From contig OX597816.1 of the NCBI GenBank assembly GCA_951406725.2, forward strand, positions 123,132,001 to 123,196,000: DNA of 64,000 bases, read 5' to 3'. Every line of letters starts with the position of its first letter. Within the stretch, counting starts at the first letter, position 1. This document shows, piece after piece, positions 38,406 through 52,517 of the stretch. The position numbers were made by a program, and so were the translations under genes. The stretch comes from Octopus vulgaris (lineage: Eukaryota). The notes below the pieces were generated by a model. The model was not told where the DNA came from, searched no databases, and saw only the letters and a program-made list of their open reading frames with translations.

Positions 38406-41400
38406 GAATATTTAACACATACATATGTGGCGTTTGGTAACAGAGTGTCATAAGAGCCAACATTTTCAAGGTTATTGTATCATTTTCTTTGTCTCAACGT
38501 CTGGAATCTGAAGAAGTTGGGAGGGAAAACCAGTGAGGCTTGCAATAAGGTCGAAAATCCGGCTGAAAAAATTGTACCTTGATGTTGTTGACATGACACT
38601 CACTCACCCAAACACGGACCAGAGAGTTTAGTAATACACCATCGTAAGCACATACACTCAATCAATAACTTTGGTGTGGTTCCTGTATTGTTGTTTACAG
38701 TGCTATGGCTCATTTTCCAATATTCCTCATTACCATCGTAATGATAATGGGCTAATATCTTACTATCTTGTCTTACTTACCTCTTAAAGATACCTTAGTA
38801 TATTAAAACACAAACAATACCTTTGGGGTTGTTTCTGCATGTTTCTTTTAGGTATTATGACTAAAATATGCAATAAAATATATCATTTCATAGTACCGGT
38901 ATATTCTACAAAATGAGAAAGACGCAGTCATTGTTTCGTCTTTCACATGCATGCATAAATAAATAATTTCACGTATAGGGAATGATTAGAGGAGATCTTC
39001 ACAGTCATTCTAAGACCAAAACCAGCTTCCTAACTTCATTCCTTGCTGAGACATTGCATTCTGAAAGTCGTGAAACTTCGACTGTATTTTTCTTGGATTT
39101 TAAGTGGTGGTGCTTATGATGGTCTGTTACTAAATGCCTCATATGTATTATATATTCATGTTTTGAATATTTTTCCTGTTTGCACTGTCAAACCTATATT
39201 ATGTGTGTGTGTATAGTTAAGTATGTGTGTGTGCATGTGTATACTCATAGAATATGCAATTGCAAGGGAGAAAGATTAACTCTTACATATGCTTGTACTT
39301 AACTAGTACTTTATTCTGTTCACGATCAAGAGATGAAAGGCAAACTTGACCTTAGCAGTGTTTGGACACTCAACATAAAGATCAAGAACAAATGCTTCAA
39401 CACATTTTGATTCTGTCAATCCATCCTGCTCAAAATAGGCACATGGGTAGAAAGTGGATGAGTAGGGGAGTGGAGAGTTGATTATATCAACCTCAATAAT
39501 TTTACTCATACTTTGTTTTTTATAGACTCCTGGTGGGTATGTAAGTCAAAGCTAACCTTGGGAGGATTTGCACACAGCAAGCTGCAGAAGCAAATAACTC
39601 TAGGCATCTGTCTGACACTCAATTTTTCCAACCCACCACCCTTTAATAACAACAATAATAATAATGAGGAGGAAGTAGATATCAATGACAATGACGACGA
39701 CGACGACGATGATGATGATAATGAGGAGGAGGCTTAAGATGACTACAACACTATTCTCATTAATATCACTAAACATGATTACAACTGACTTCCTTATGCA
39801 TACACAAATTGCAACTTTAATAAAACAAGTTAACACAAATATAGACTAACCGTATTAAAAAAAAAACAAAAAAAACAAATGCATTTTCCTACAATAAGAA
39901 ATTAACAGGAATTAATTATAGAATTAATCAATTACTTATGAAACTACATTAAACTTAACAACATCATTTAACAGTTTTTATTAATGATTTCATTGATTGT
40001 CATTCAGATTTTTCAGATGTTAAAATTTAATAGCGGCAAACCTGGTTTTCGATTTGTTATTGAATCAAACTTTAGATAGAATTAAGCAAAGCACTGAGCA
40101 TTAAAAAGGTAACTAGAGACTTTCTGGTGACAGGAAATCTGTATTAGTAACTGAGTAATGATATTCTAATAGTTTAAGTATGGAAGACAATTCCAATTAT
40201 GCTTCAGTTTTAGTGCATCTTCAACAAATTATTTACTTTACTATGCTTTACCAAATCAATGATGAGAGAATCCTTATGTAGAGGAACAATATTTTATACT
40301 ATTGGGACCCATGAATATTTCATGGGACTAATGGTAAACATATTGAATTGTTTCTGAAAACTTTATCCAAAAAACTTGAAAGCGTAGCCTGTGTTTTGTC
40401 TGTATCAAAAAATAGTTGCTTATCTGCTAATCATTGAAAAGTGAAGAAAATTGGAATACAATAATTACTTAATGCACTTTATATACTTTATGCACAAATT
40501 TATAGACTTAATACACAACACTCTCCCTCTTTTTCTCTCTCCTTTTTCTTTTGCTCTTTGTCTTTCTTTCAACTAATTATGTGAAAGCATTATAGACAGG
40601 TTAAGTAACAGAGAAAAAGCATAGTCCAAAAAAGAAAACATTACACATTTCACTTACCACCACCTCTCCCTCCCCCCCATATAAACCCCTCCCCCTGTCT
40701 CCTCCCACTAACGTATCCCTCTCCCACTTCTCCCAGTCTCCCTCCTCCTTAACTAATCATGTAGAAGTGTTACAGACGGGCTAAGTAACGGAGTGATAAG
40801 CAGAATTATTATTAGATTTTTTGCTGCGTCAATTAGCATAATTTTATCCATGCTTTGCAGTTGATGTTTAATAAGACATTCACTTCAAAATACTTGTTTC
40901 TTCACGTTTAAAAGCATTATCCATTCCTCAGTTTAATGGTTAATATTTTATCATCTCTAAGAATGGGTGCAGCAGAAATGATAGATAGAAATTTGATATT
41001 AAATTGTACCCATTTATTTTGGGATCAACTTTGCATTTCATTTTTCTGGGGTCAACAAAATGAGCACCTTTCATTATAGTGTAGCCTTATTTTAATTCTA
41101 TATTTAATTCGTGATTAAAATTAATGCAATGAGATATATATAGATGTACAGTGTCTTACAGTGATTGTAAATCTTTGTTTAAATTTTGAATTTACAATAA
41201 GAAATTAGACTTTATCAAAAATGTTTATTTACAAATACACAAAGCAATTTATAGTTTTGTGTTTACAATCTTTAGATAAAAAAAACATCAAGTTTTAAAA
41301 TTCAGAACATATATTCCCAAGTTCAGCATCTTTTCAAAATAGGATATAAATATAAAGAAAAGGACATATCAAAAATCTGATTGTTATGTCTTAGAATACT

Positions 41401-41744
41401 AATAGCTAAAGTCTTAGAATGCTGAGAAAAATCAAGTAATAAATTAATTAGGATTTACATTGAATATTATACTCACAATGTCTAGCTCTCTATATGTCTA
41501 GTATAAAAATAATTAAGTGTTAATATATTTACTACACTGAGCATCATAAATCTCATTAGAAATAATTGTGCAATGAAAAGAGAATTTTTATCTATGAGTA
41601 GTATTATTAGAATTTTCCTGGTCAGAACAAGATATAACTTCAGACATTTTTGTACTCTTAAATCTCCTCAACAAAACTGTTGGTTTTGTTGTATAATATG
41701 TTGATTTTTATATCTACTTGTATACAGTTATAGTACATCTATTA

Positions 41745-42885
41745 CACAGGCCAAAACAACAACAAAAAAAACAATATTTCTCTGTTATCAAAAGATCTGA
41801 ACCTGAACTAGGAGATTTTTGATACACAGAATCCAAAAATGACATCCATTTATTAACATCACATCAATATTTTATGATACTAAATCCTTGGAATGTCATT
41901 ACATTTTTTTCGATAAAACAGCTTATGAAGAACAAGGCATAACCTGCAAACATACATAGAAATTATTTTTTCTTCAAAACCAGAATGCTTTCTTAGAATT
42001 CTAATAAAAAACTAATAAAAATTTCAAAATTTATACATTGTTTATGCCTAATTTCTCATGAATTTATATTTGGATAATTTTCTTGAATATTGAACATCAG
42101 GAAGAACATCAGCCAAGGTTCAATAATAGTCTGCCCTCATACGCTAGTCTCTTCTGCCTTGATACTTTTGTTACATTGATTTTTATGTCCTGATGGAAAT
42201 GTTTTCCCTGCTTGTTATGTGTGTCTATGATTTCTAGAGAATTCATCAAGGTGACTGGAGAGATACTGGAGCTTCATGCTCATATTTGTTCCCAATGCTT
42301 GAAAGTTCTCCAGCTAGTTGTTGACTATTTTGGTATCACTGGCTACTTTCTTTTCTCTTGCCTAGAAGGTAATTTACAACTATTACAAACGAATTCCATG
42401 CTGCTGCTTCAATGCAATTCCCTGAATTTACAAAGTTCCTATCCTTCATCAAATTTCTGATTTAAGACCCATCAAATAACCCAGCTTTTATCTTTTTTCT
42501 GCCCAGACTAGGAAATGTACTGCAGATTTGTGAAAGCGTTGTTCATCTTTATCCCAAGGTTTAACAAACTGATATGGTTTTAGTTTGATATGGAACAGCG
42601 ATAGGATGATTTTTCCCAGATGAACTAGATGCTCTTCAACCATGCTAAAAGACTCTGGAACTTAAGTTTGCTGCAGCCATTTTTTGATCACTCAATGTTT
42701 TTTTTCCCTAACTCTTCTCAAAATAATATATAAATAATAATAAACACTCGTATTAAATTTCACAAGTAAACAATGTATTTTTCTGAAGGATGATGGAATT
42801 TGAGAAAATTGGGTTAGTCAGATATCTTGAAATCTAGACACGATGGTAAAAACTGGATTTCAGTTTTAGATTCAGCATATTGTGA
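41745..42885 (-). mobile_element. Internally deleted Chapaev3-like (CMC superfamily) DNA transposon remnant
   Basis: Minus strand decayed motifs KIKAGLFDG, EAAAWNSF, NMSMKLQYLSSHLD, FHQDIK, KYQGR, ADYY. Subterminal inverted motifs CAGAATCCAAAAATGACATCC (~41827) / GGATTTCAGTTTTAGATTCAGCAT (~42855). The superfamily label is from memory of these motifs. Confidence 0.6.
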
Positions 42886-43910
42886 CAACAAAATGTTTTA
42901 TTGATTCTTCACAAAGTTTTAGAATTTTCTATGTTGTTTATACTTTGCTTCAAAATGCAAATATTTAAATTTTATTCAAATAAATTTTATCAACTGTATT
43001 TTAAATCAAACTTTTATCCATGTGTAAAGTTTCCAAAGTCAAAAGTAATTTAATGAAAATAAAACAGATTTTTGCAGTTAGAAGATGACTAATAATGGTA
43101 TAAATAATGTTGGAAATTTTAAGCCAAAATTGCTTAAATAAAATTATTTCTGAGATGCCTATAACTTTCGTTATGGTGAGAATATTTGAATATAACTTTG
43201 CATACAACATAAATAACTACACATGCACTTGCATACACCATTTTAAGCTAGAAAATTCTATGAGATACATTACTTTGTTTATTTTTTATTCAAAAGTTTT
43301 GAGAAGGAAATATATTTTCATTGTATGCATGTACATAACCATTTTCCTGCATATGTGTGTGTGTATGTATGTATGTATATATATAATTTAATTCCAAATA
43401 GATGTTTATATATTTTAAAAAGAAATAATTTTGTAGTTATTTTATTAAAAACATATCATAGATATAGACATTTATACATTCAAATTTGGGGGTACATTAT
43501 TCATTTTGAATTAAAATAAAATTCAATAAAATTTTATTGCTTACACTTTTTGAAGGGGAATGGCTTCAGAAATATATTTATGTTTTGAATGCGAAAAATA
43601 AGTGTCATTTCAATTGAAATGGTAGTGGTTCTGTTGTTGTTGCTGTAGAAGAAGAAGAAGATGATGATGATCTGCTCAGTCATGCATGCTACGAAATTAC
43701 CATAGGAAGGCAGACCAAAAATAAGAGAAGCAAGTCATTATTTTACCTTTAGAAAAACGTTTCATCCTGTGAAAGTAAATAATTTTAAATATATTATTGA
43801 AGTTTGATAATAACTAAGACATGATGATAGCTTTCACTGAATTTGATGTTAAAAACTAAACCTGAGGAGACAAAGGAGGTGGAGGTGGTGGTGGGGAAGG
43901 AGGAAGGGGA

Positions 43911-43983
<73 letters not shown>
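43911..43983. repeat. (AAT)n microsatellite
   Basis: Directly visible; 5' flank of the Dong-like LINE. Confidence 0.95.
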
Positions 43984-43986
<3 letters not shown>

Positions 43987-45083
43987 CAGTAACAAAACAG
44001 GCAAAGGAATATCTAAGTGAATTACGAATACAACAAATTTCGGAATTAGACATACAAGAAATAAGCACAGAAAAAAGCTAAGCACATGAAAACCTATGCT
44101 TAAACTGCTGCCTTAGATATTCTTATTGATAAATGGCAAGAAAAACCTGTCAATGGCAAATACCCAAAGAGAGCAAATAATGCCGATGTTGACAAAGCCC
44201 TAACCCATCAATGGCTAATGGCCTCTGGCTTAAAATCAGAAACAGAAGGGTTTATCATAGCAGCTCAAGATCAATGCCTACCTACAAGGAACTACCTGGC
44301 CAACATATTAAAGAACGGCAGTAGCCCAACATGTCGTGTATGTCAACAAAATGAAACCATTGATCATGTTGTCTCCAAGTGCAGTCTTCTTGCACCGACA
44401 GAGTATCTCAACAGGCATGATAGAGCTGCACAATATATTCACTGGGTAATTTGCAAAAGCCTGGACTTAGTCCGTGAATAATACTGGTGGGAATACATAC
44501 CATCTCCAGTGCTTGAAAATGATCACATCTCACTCCTCTGGAACTTCACCATTCAAACTGACAGAAAGATAGATACGAATAGGCCAGACATCATATTGAA
44601 AGACTTCAGACAAAACCATGCCTCCTCATTGATAAGACTGTCCCAATCGATATAAATGTATCTGTCAAGACCTACCAAAATCTGAGCAAGTATAAAGATC
44701 TTGAAATAGAAATAAGAAAAATGTGGAACCTGAAGACTAAAACAATACCTGTTGTCATAGGTGCCCTGGGAATGATAGCAAAAGGGGATGATTGTTACCT
44801 AACTCAGATACCAGGAAACCCAAAAATGGCAGAAATTAAAAAGATAGTGCTCATATCCTACGCAAAATACATTCTATGTAATCTCAAGTTTTAAAACAAA
44901 CATAATTTTCTTATGGTTTCTTAGACATTCACTAGTACAACACTAAGTACAAAACCAAATATATGGCACCCTAGGCATAACACCAACTTGAACTTCCAAC
45001 TTGTTGTCTCTTGAGGTCTCTGAGTGAGATTTGGAGTGAACTTGTACAAATGTAAAGCAAAAGTCAAACATAGAATAATAATA
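43984..45083 (+). mobile_element. 5'-truncated R4/Dong-clade LINE inserted in (AAT)n
   Basis: ETEGFIIAAQDQ, CCHC knuckle CRVC...ETIDHVVSKC, RHD, NRPDI, KYKDLEIE, IPVVIGALG. Flanked by AAT repeats on both sides. Confidence 0.88.
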
Positions 45084-47548
45084 AGAAGAAGAAGAAGAAA
45101 TGGTGATGCTGACCTACCAAATGTATTTCAGCTAACCTGCATAAGACATGCTTGTATTCTTAACTTTAAGGATTGGGCTGCATAGAAATTTGCCTTCACA
45201 GAAATCCAAATACCTAAAATCAACATGATAAACAACTGTAAATCTGTGGAGAAAGTTGATTACTACACATTTTAGAAAACAATTCAGTATCTATCATCAT
45301 TATTGACCACCTCTATAGTCAAATCTAGAACTTTAATTAAGTTTAGATTAACGATTATTTAAGAAATGAATGCTTATTATGTTATATAAACGATAATTTA
45401 AGTAGAAGTTTGAGAATCAATAGTATAACAGAGGCTTTAATCTTAATTAGACCTAGTTAAGTTATTTATGTAGGATTTTTATGTAGAGATTTTAAGCAAG
45501 TTTTATTCAATAAGTTTTGAACAACAAATTCATAATTCATTATGCTGATTATGTTGGAGTTAGAAAAGAGGATTTCAATAGTTGCCACTGAGCACCAGTT
45601 ACATCTACTATCACCCCCTCTGTAAGGAGGAGGATTACCTACAAAAGAATGCCAAAATGGAATATCATATATGCATCCACACTTTGAGGTCCCAGATGAA
45701 CTTAGCCAATGAAGTGTAGTTCTCTTTTCTTTTGTATTTATAAGAATCAATATGGTTATGTCCTTGATCTTGGATTTTGAAGTTATAGCCTTATGTAGTA
45801 ATGGACATTGTCAAGTGTTTTAACAGAGATCTTATATATTAAATTATTTCTCAAGCATTGGTTATCTAAATAGCATTTATCACAGTTTCTCCAGTTGCTC
45901 ATTCTATTAGGTATGTAGCTATAATAAGCTCTATTCTATAAATGCTAATATTGTTAATAAGAAGAGGTACCATATCATTATCATCACTGTTTTTTGCATC
46001 ACTGAGATATTTGCTTGAATTTCTTCAATCACCCCTTCCTTCCTTCCTTCCTTCCTTCCTACCTAGCTACCTATCTACTTACCTGCCTACCTGCCTATCG
46101 ATCTGTCAGTGTGTGTGTACACAATGGGTTTCTTTCTGTTTCCATCAACCAAGTCCATTAAAATGGCTTTAGTCAGCCCAAAGCTATAGAAGAAACTTGC
46201 TCATGGTGCTATGGAGTCATGTAGTTGGGAATCAAGCATCTTAACAATACCTGTACTTACAAAGACAGCCATAAATTTTGATGGGGTTGTTCCAATGCAA
46301 CTGACCCCAGTATTTGAATAGCATTTCTTTTATCATCTTTGGACGATAATAGTAAACATGCACAGGCAGTTATGAAAATAGAGGGGATATTCAAAATCCC
46401 TTCTATTTCCATAATATTAAAGCTTGAACTTATTTCATTAATATCATCAGCCTCTTTGTGGTGGGAAGTGGAACTTTTTGGATCTGATTAACTGTGATAA
46501 GCCTTCAGTGTCGTACAGTAACTGATCACTTAGAGCAACATCTCTGATGCAGCAATATGCACTAGAAACAGGTTAAAAGTAAGAAGAGAAAAGAAAGTTT
46601 TCACAAATCTACATCAGGATATTTTTTTAAGATATAGACTTTTTTAATGTACATTAATGATGTCTAAGCAATAGCTAAAGCAAAACAATCTTGATGTGCT
46701 TGCAGTTTACTACTTCTTAAAATATATTGATAAAAGTAGTTGTTAATCAAAGATACCTCCTACAACTTCAATGCTTTCCAATTTTTTTTATCCTTTGACT
46801 TTTAACATTGTTTCAATGCTATTCAGTAGTTTATGGATTATATATTTTATACAATTCTGATTTTCATAGTTATATTCTTCTGAAACACGGTGTTTTCAAT
46901 TTTATTTTATAATTTTGAATTCATTAGTGGTATATTTGAACAAATAGATCATTTTCTCAGAAAAATATTTTGAGATGGCTGTGTGGTGAGCACTACAGAC
47001 CAGCAAAGTAAGCTTCTAGCAAACTGACACTGCAACTTGATTTTAATTCTCAGCTGATGCTGCTCAGTATCCTAAAGAATATCACAGAAAAAACATGTCA
47101 TTAATAATATTGTAGAGACTTGTCTCAAAAATAAAATTATTTGAAAAATGATTGTGTCAAAGTTTAGGAGAATCTAATTTCCATTTGTAATATTTCTGCT
47201 GTCACACTCCAGAAGTCAAAGAGTGAGACCCTACTTGGTTGATGGACCTACTAGATATTGCAAGCAAATTCCTTCAAATCATGTTCTACTATTTTGAAAA
47301 AACAAAAAGGGGACACTTATTTATATATATTTTAAAATATATGCAAAAATAAAGAGAAACAGATAAATTGGTCAGGCTTGGAACGTCTTTGGTCTTGAGG
47401 CAGACTCTATAAGAGCTAGCATGCAGTTAAATAACAACAATCAAAAGAAACTTCCAGAAAATATTGCTAATTTTAATCAACTAGTGTAATGTAAATAATA
47501 AAGGAAGAGTAAAATAAATTGGAAAATCTTGGTAAAGAAGTAAAAAGT

Positions 47549-47970
47549 GGAGCAGGAGTGGCTGTATGGTAAGGAGATTGCTTCCCAACCACATGGTTCC
47601 GGGTTCAGTCCTTCTGCATGGCACCTTGGGCAAGTGCCTTCTACTGTAGCCTCGGGCCAACCAAAGCCTTGTGAGTGGATTTGGTCGATGGAAACTGAAA
47701 GAAGCCCATCGTATGTATATATATATATGTATATATATTTATATCTATGTGTGTGTCTTTGTGTCTGTGTTTGTCTCCCCATCACCACTTGACAGCCGGT
47801 GTTGGTGGGTTTACATCCCTGTAACTTTGTAGTTTGGCAGAAGAGACATATAGAATAAGTACTAGCCTTAAAAAATGAGTACTGGGGTTGATTCATTCAG
47901 CTAAAAATTCAAAGCAGTGCCTCAGCATGGCCACAGTATAATGACTGAAACAAGTAAAAGATAAAAGATA
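47549..47970 (+). mobile_element. SINE family A copy
   Basis: Colinear with 20465-20885. Confidence 0.85.
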
Positions 47971-49279
47971 TATCTGTTGAATTCAATGGGATAAAATATT
48001 GACACATTCCATAGTTCAGTAAATTTAAGGGTTCATTAGACAATGAAATATGGCAGTCTGACCCATTGAGAGAAATGGACATTGCTAAACAAATAAAAAT
48101 ACTCCTTTTACTTAGTCTATCAGATTTCCATAGCACATAGAAAATTTACACTGAAATATTTATACAACTGCCTGCTGTGATTTGAATGCCCTTGTAGGAA
48201 CAATATAATGAATATGATGTAATATGCTGTTTGGAAGGAGCTCATGTTTGCGAAGCTTGTTAATTTTGCAATTATTGGAAATGTGCTGCCAAATATTTCC
48301 TGGTGTGATTCTGATTATTGTAGAGTTTCATCAAATACTGTAATTTTATATTTTGTTTTATTGTTATAGTTTTATTGAGTTCAAATTACAATTACTTTGC
48401 TTTTATTTTTGTATTTAGATTTTATCATTTCTTTTTAATGTTTTGTAATTTTTATAAATTTGAAATTTGTACAGAACAAATTTGCTCCAGGAAAAATGTG
48501 AACCAAATACTTACACATAAGCAGGCTCTCAGAAATGTACACCAATACATACATACACACAGGATAATCGACCTATATAGAGCCTTGTGAAATAAAAATG
48601 CCTTCAGGAATGACAACTGGATATTAAGTGGCAGTGCTTAGACTAGGTTTAGGTTTCATGTCAAGTAAATAAAAAGTAAATCTGCCTTGATTAGTGGTTC
48701 CATGTCAGATATTATTGTTAAAATTTATGCGCAATAAAATGGTTATAGTTCTACAATACACAAAATATTTTAATAATTTTTTGTTAAATACAGTTCCTAA
48801 TTATATTCAATTATGAAAATATAGTAGGACTTTTAAAACACTGAATGACTATGGACATAGGTAAAAAATGGTTAAGAAAGACTGATCCAGATGGATTATA
48901 AACCTACAACGGGTAACATTCCAAAACTTGTTCACATAATTTAAGGTAACTGCGGTACTGAAGTCTCAACTTTAATTCCTAGGATAGACACAAGACCAAT
49001 AATTCAGCTGGAAATAAGCAAAGCAGCTTATTAGATCATCCTCAGTAGTTGACTACTCTGGAAGGAGTAAAGGCTAAGCTGATCTTGGCAGGATTTGAAC
49101 TAAGAATGTAAAAGGTTAGTCAAATAGAGCAATACACACTCACACACAAACACACATACAAGGTTCTGAGTGGGTAGAACAATACGATATTTCCAATGCA
49201 ATATTCAACCCTTATCATTATCTTCTATATTGTTGTTATTATCATTGTAATTTTTTAACATTAATATTTTTATCTTTAT

Positions 49280-49507
49280 TAAGGTGGTGAGCTGGCAGAA
49301 TCATTAACATGTAGGGCAAAATACTTAGTGGCATTTTGTCCACCATTAAGCACTGTGTTCAAGTTCAGTCGAAGTTAATGTTGCCTTTCATCCCTTTAGG
49401 GATCTATAAAATATGTACCAGTTTAGCACTGGGGTCAATGTAATTGACTTACCCTCTACCCCGAACTTGCTGGCTTTGGGCCAATATTTGAAATCAATAT
49501 TATTATG
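49280..49507 (+). mobile_element. SINE family B copy
   Basis: AAGGTGGTGAGCTGGCAGAATC head, GCCTTTCATCCC core, TTATTA tail. Confidence 0.75.
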
Positions 49508-50225
49508 TTTATTACTATCATTAATAGAAGTAATACTGTTATCATTTTCTTCTCATTATTAGTATTGGTGCAGTCGTTGTCATTGTTACTATCAAACTTC
49601 CTTTCCACTTTGTTAGTTTCTTTATTTTATCACAAGAGATTAGGATGCTACATCAAAATAACTTTTCACTTGTCCATCATAATTTGATTCTGGTGATTAT
49701 GGGATGACTTGTTATTATCCATATCACTCACCTCTTATTCCTGCCAAATATTTATCTGTCTTCTTCTTTTTGTACTTCTTATCTCCCCCCTCCTCCTTCT
49801 TATTCTTCATCTTTTTTCTTCTTCTTCTCATCTTCTTTCTTTTCTACTGCTTCTTCTTCATCCCCTAACCATACTTTTATCTACTCCAGTATTTACACTT
49901 TATTTGCCCTGTCCATCTTTTCACAGTCTGTTTACAATTTCATCATTATTTACCTTTTCGTTCTTCCTGATATAAGCAGAATACAAAGTCTGGCAGACAC
50001 ACAATGTAAGAGTGCATCCTTTGTATAGATCTGGGTTAGTACCACTCTAGTGTTTAAAATCACAAATATTACATAAATCTTCACTTTGAACTTTTTTGTA
50101 AACTGGTGATGAAAGCAGAGTTGATACAGAAACGATTGTAACTGATTAATTAATTAAAGATGTGTTAAACTCTTTCTTTGTCCTCTTATTTCAATTTCCC
50201 ACATGCACACAAATACACGCACTTA

Positions 50226-50319
50226 CAGTAATCCCTCGCCAAGTTACAGTTCACCTATTGCAGTTCACATATCGCAGGGGTTTGGGAACATAACACCCAT
50301 GATAGCCAAGGGATTTCTG
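50226..50319. mobile_element. pogo/Tigger-like mini-MITE (94 bp)
   Basis: TA|CAGTAATCCCTCG ... CAAGGGATTTCTG|TA: imperfect TIRs and a TA target duplication. Confidence 0.7.
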
Positions 50320-50354
50320 TATGTGTATATATACATACATACACCCACACACAC

Positions 50355-50422
<68 letters not shown>

Positions 50423-52069
50423 TATATTTATATTGTGAAATTTGATTTAATACTAAATTGAATTTTTCCCTGTAAGTTTGGAGTTATACTCCCTAATATT
50501 ATTATTATTATATGTGTGTGTGTGTGTAGATATGGTTATATCTGTGTATGTGTGTGTGAATATTTTTGGATTTTACTTATCTGCAAGTGTTTTGCTCACT
50601 GGTAAATAATAGCTTTGCTAACAGTGTCATTTTCTTGCAGTCCTCTACTGAAGCATGTCTGGATTTCTCGATGTGCTTTCATAAGTTGCACAATCTTTGG
50701 AAGCAAAAGCCACATTTCTGTGTCATTTATTATCAGTCTTCCACATAAGCATATCAGAACTGTTTGTTGTTTGCTAGGTTGAGGAGATTATTACCTCCTT
50801 TCAAAAGAAGTTGTGTTAAATAACCATAGGAAAACACCATAGAAAACACTTAACTTACTCTTGTCTGACCTGTGCAAAGACAAGAAAGTGGATGTTAAAA
50901 TAATGGTGATAATGATGATGATGTAGTCTTCATCCCTGTAGTCTTCATCATAGAGGTGCCTAAAAGAGTCAGTACCAAGAAAGGCATCTCAAGATGGAGC
51001 ACTGCTTCAAACATCCCATTTCACTCACCATGTTAGATGTAAAAAATGATAACGACACTGATTATGATGATGAAGGTGGTGGTAGTGATGGTGGCAGAGG
51101 CGGCGGCGGTTTCAGCAGTGTCAGTGGTGGTAATGGGGAAGGCAGAAGCGATGCCAGTGGTAGCAGTAATAATGATTACTTTGATATGTGGTAAAACAGA
51201 AAAAGGAAAAATTTTATATTACTATTATGAGATATGAAATCATAGAAACATTTCAGTCTTCAGAAAATTACATTTTTCTCTGAAATTTTTTTAGCAAAAG
51301 CATATTATAATTTATTTTCAGTTTTGGTTATAAATGTTTCTTTTTTTTTTTTTTTCAAAAATAACTGATAGAGGGTAGGAAGAGAAAAATTGACAGCATA
51401 TCAAATTGCAAGATATTGCTAAATTTTTATGAAAAACAAATTAAACCAAAAGAATATGTTGTTTTGAAATATATGACATTATTCTTCAAAAAGAAAATCG
51501 TTTCAAAATAAACAATTCTAATAATTGTATGGTTCTGTTATGAAAAGAAAACAAAAGTGTCTTTGGTTTTCAAACAATTATGAGAGCAACTTTAACAAAA
51601 GTTTTCAAGTTATGAGTTAGAAATCAAATTTATCTATAAAAGCCCACACTACTTCATACTAATCTATAGTCTAGCTCTCAATGCCATTACTACAACTTCA
51701 CTATAAATATGTGCAATTTAAAATCATATTTAGTGTCAGATTTCATCCACTTTTTGCAAAAGTACATTTGACAGAATTTTAAGCTTCAATTTTTAACTAC
51801 AGACAGCTAAAACAACTTTTGAATGAATGACTTAGAAAATTAATCCTGTTCGTTATCAAAGAAATAGCAACCTATGATTTTGATCCTGTCTTCTTCCACC
51901 ATCTTTCTGCTATGACAGGACAGCTAATCTGTCATGTTTGTCCATAAACGTTTTTCATTCTTCAGCATAGTATCCATCAATAGCAGATAGAAGTAAAGAG
52001 AAAATCCTAAAATAACAGAAGTAATAATAATAGCTGTAGGGTATTTGGATTAAATTAAGTGATTTCTAC

Positions 52070-52517
52070 ATTTAATGTTGACCTGAAGGATGAAAATCTT
52101 CTGCAATAGCGTGCTAAGGTTTTCAAAATCACGTGCATAGGAGGATGGAAGTTGTGAGACCCAGGAAGATATGGGGTGAAGTATTGCCAATTTCAAGACA
52201 CTAAGCCTTACGAAGGAAATGAAAAACGACTGAGATATCTGGTGCGTTGTTGTTCTCAAGAAGACTCCATCCACCACAGCAGAATTGATACCAGTGCAGG
52301 TGCCACACGAAAAGCACTCATGCTGGTGACATGTTAAAAGTACTGTTGCTGGTGCAGCCTAAAATGCACCTAGTAACACTCTGTGAAGGGGTTGGTGTCA
52401 GGAAAGGCATGCCAGAACAGACAATGGAGCCTGGTGCAGCCTCTGACTTTACTAGCTCCAGTCAAACTGTCCAACCCATGCCAAAATGAGAGACAGACTA
52501 AATGATGATGATGATGT
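52070..52517 (+). mobile_element. Decayed RTE LINE 3' end continuing into the RTE-tail repeat
   Basis: RPRKIWGEV-like remnant (RTE GRPRKTW motif) directly upstream of the GGTGCCAC...AAAAGCAC / CCAACCCATGCC / (ATG)n family sequence. Confidence 0.6.

Noticed and set aside
45466-45750. 94-aa ORF with Cys/Trp/Pro content
   Set aside because: No recognisable family and no convincing splice-site pair.
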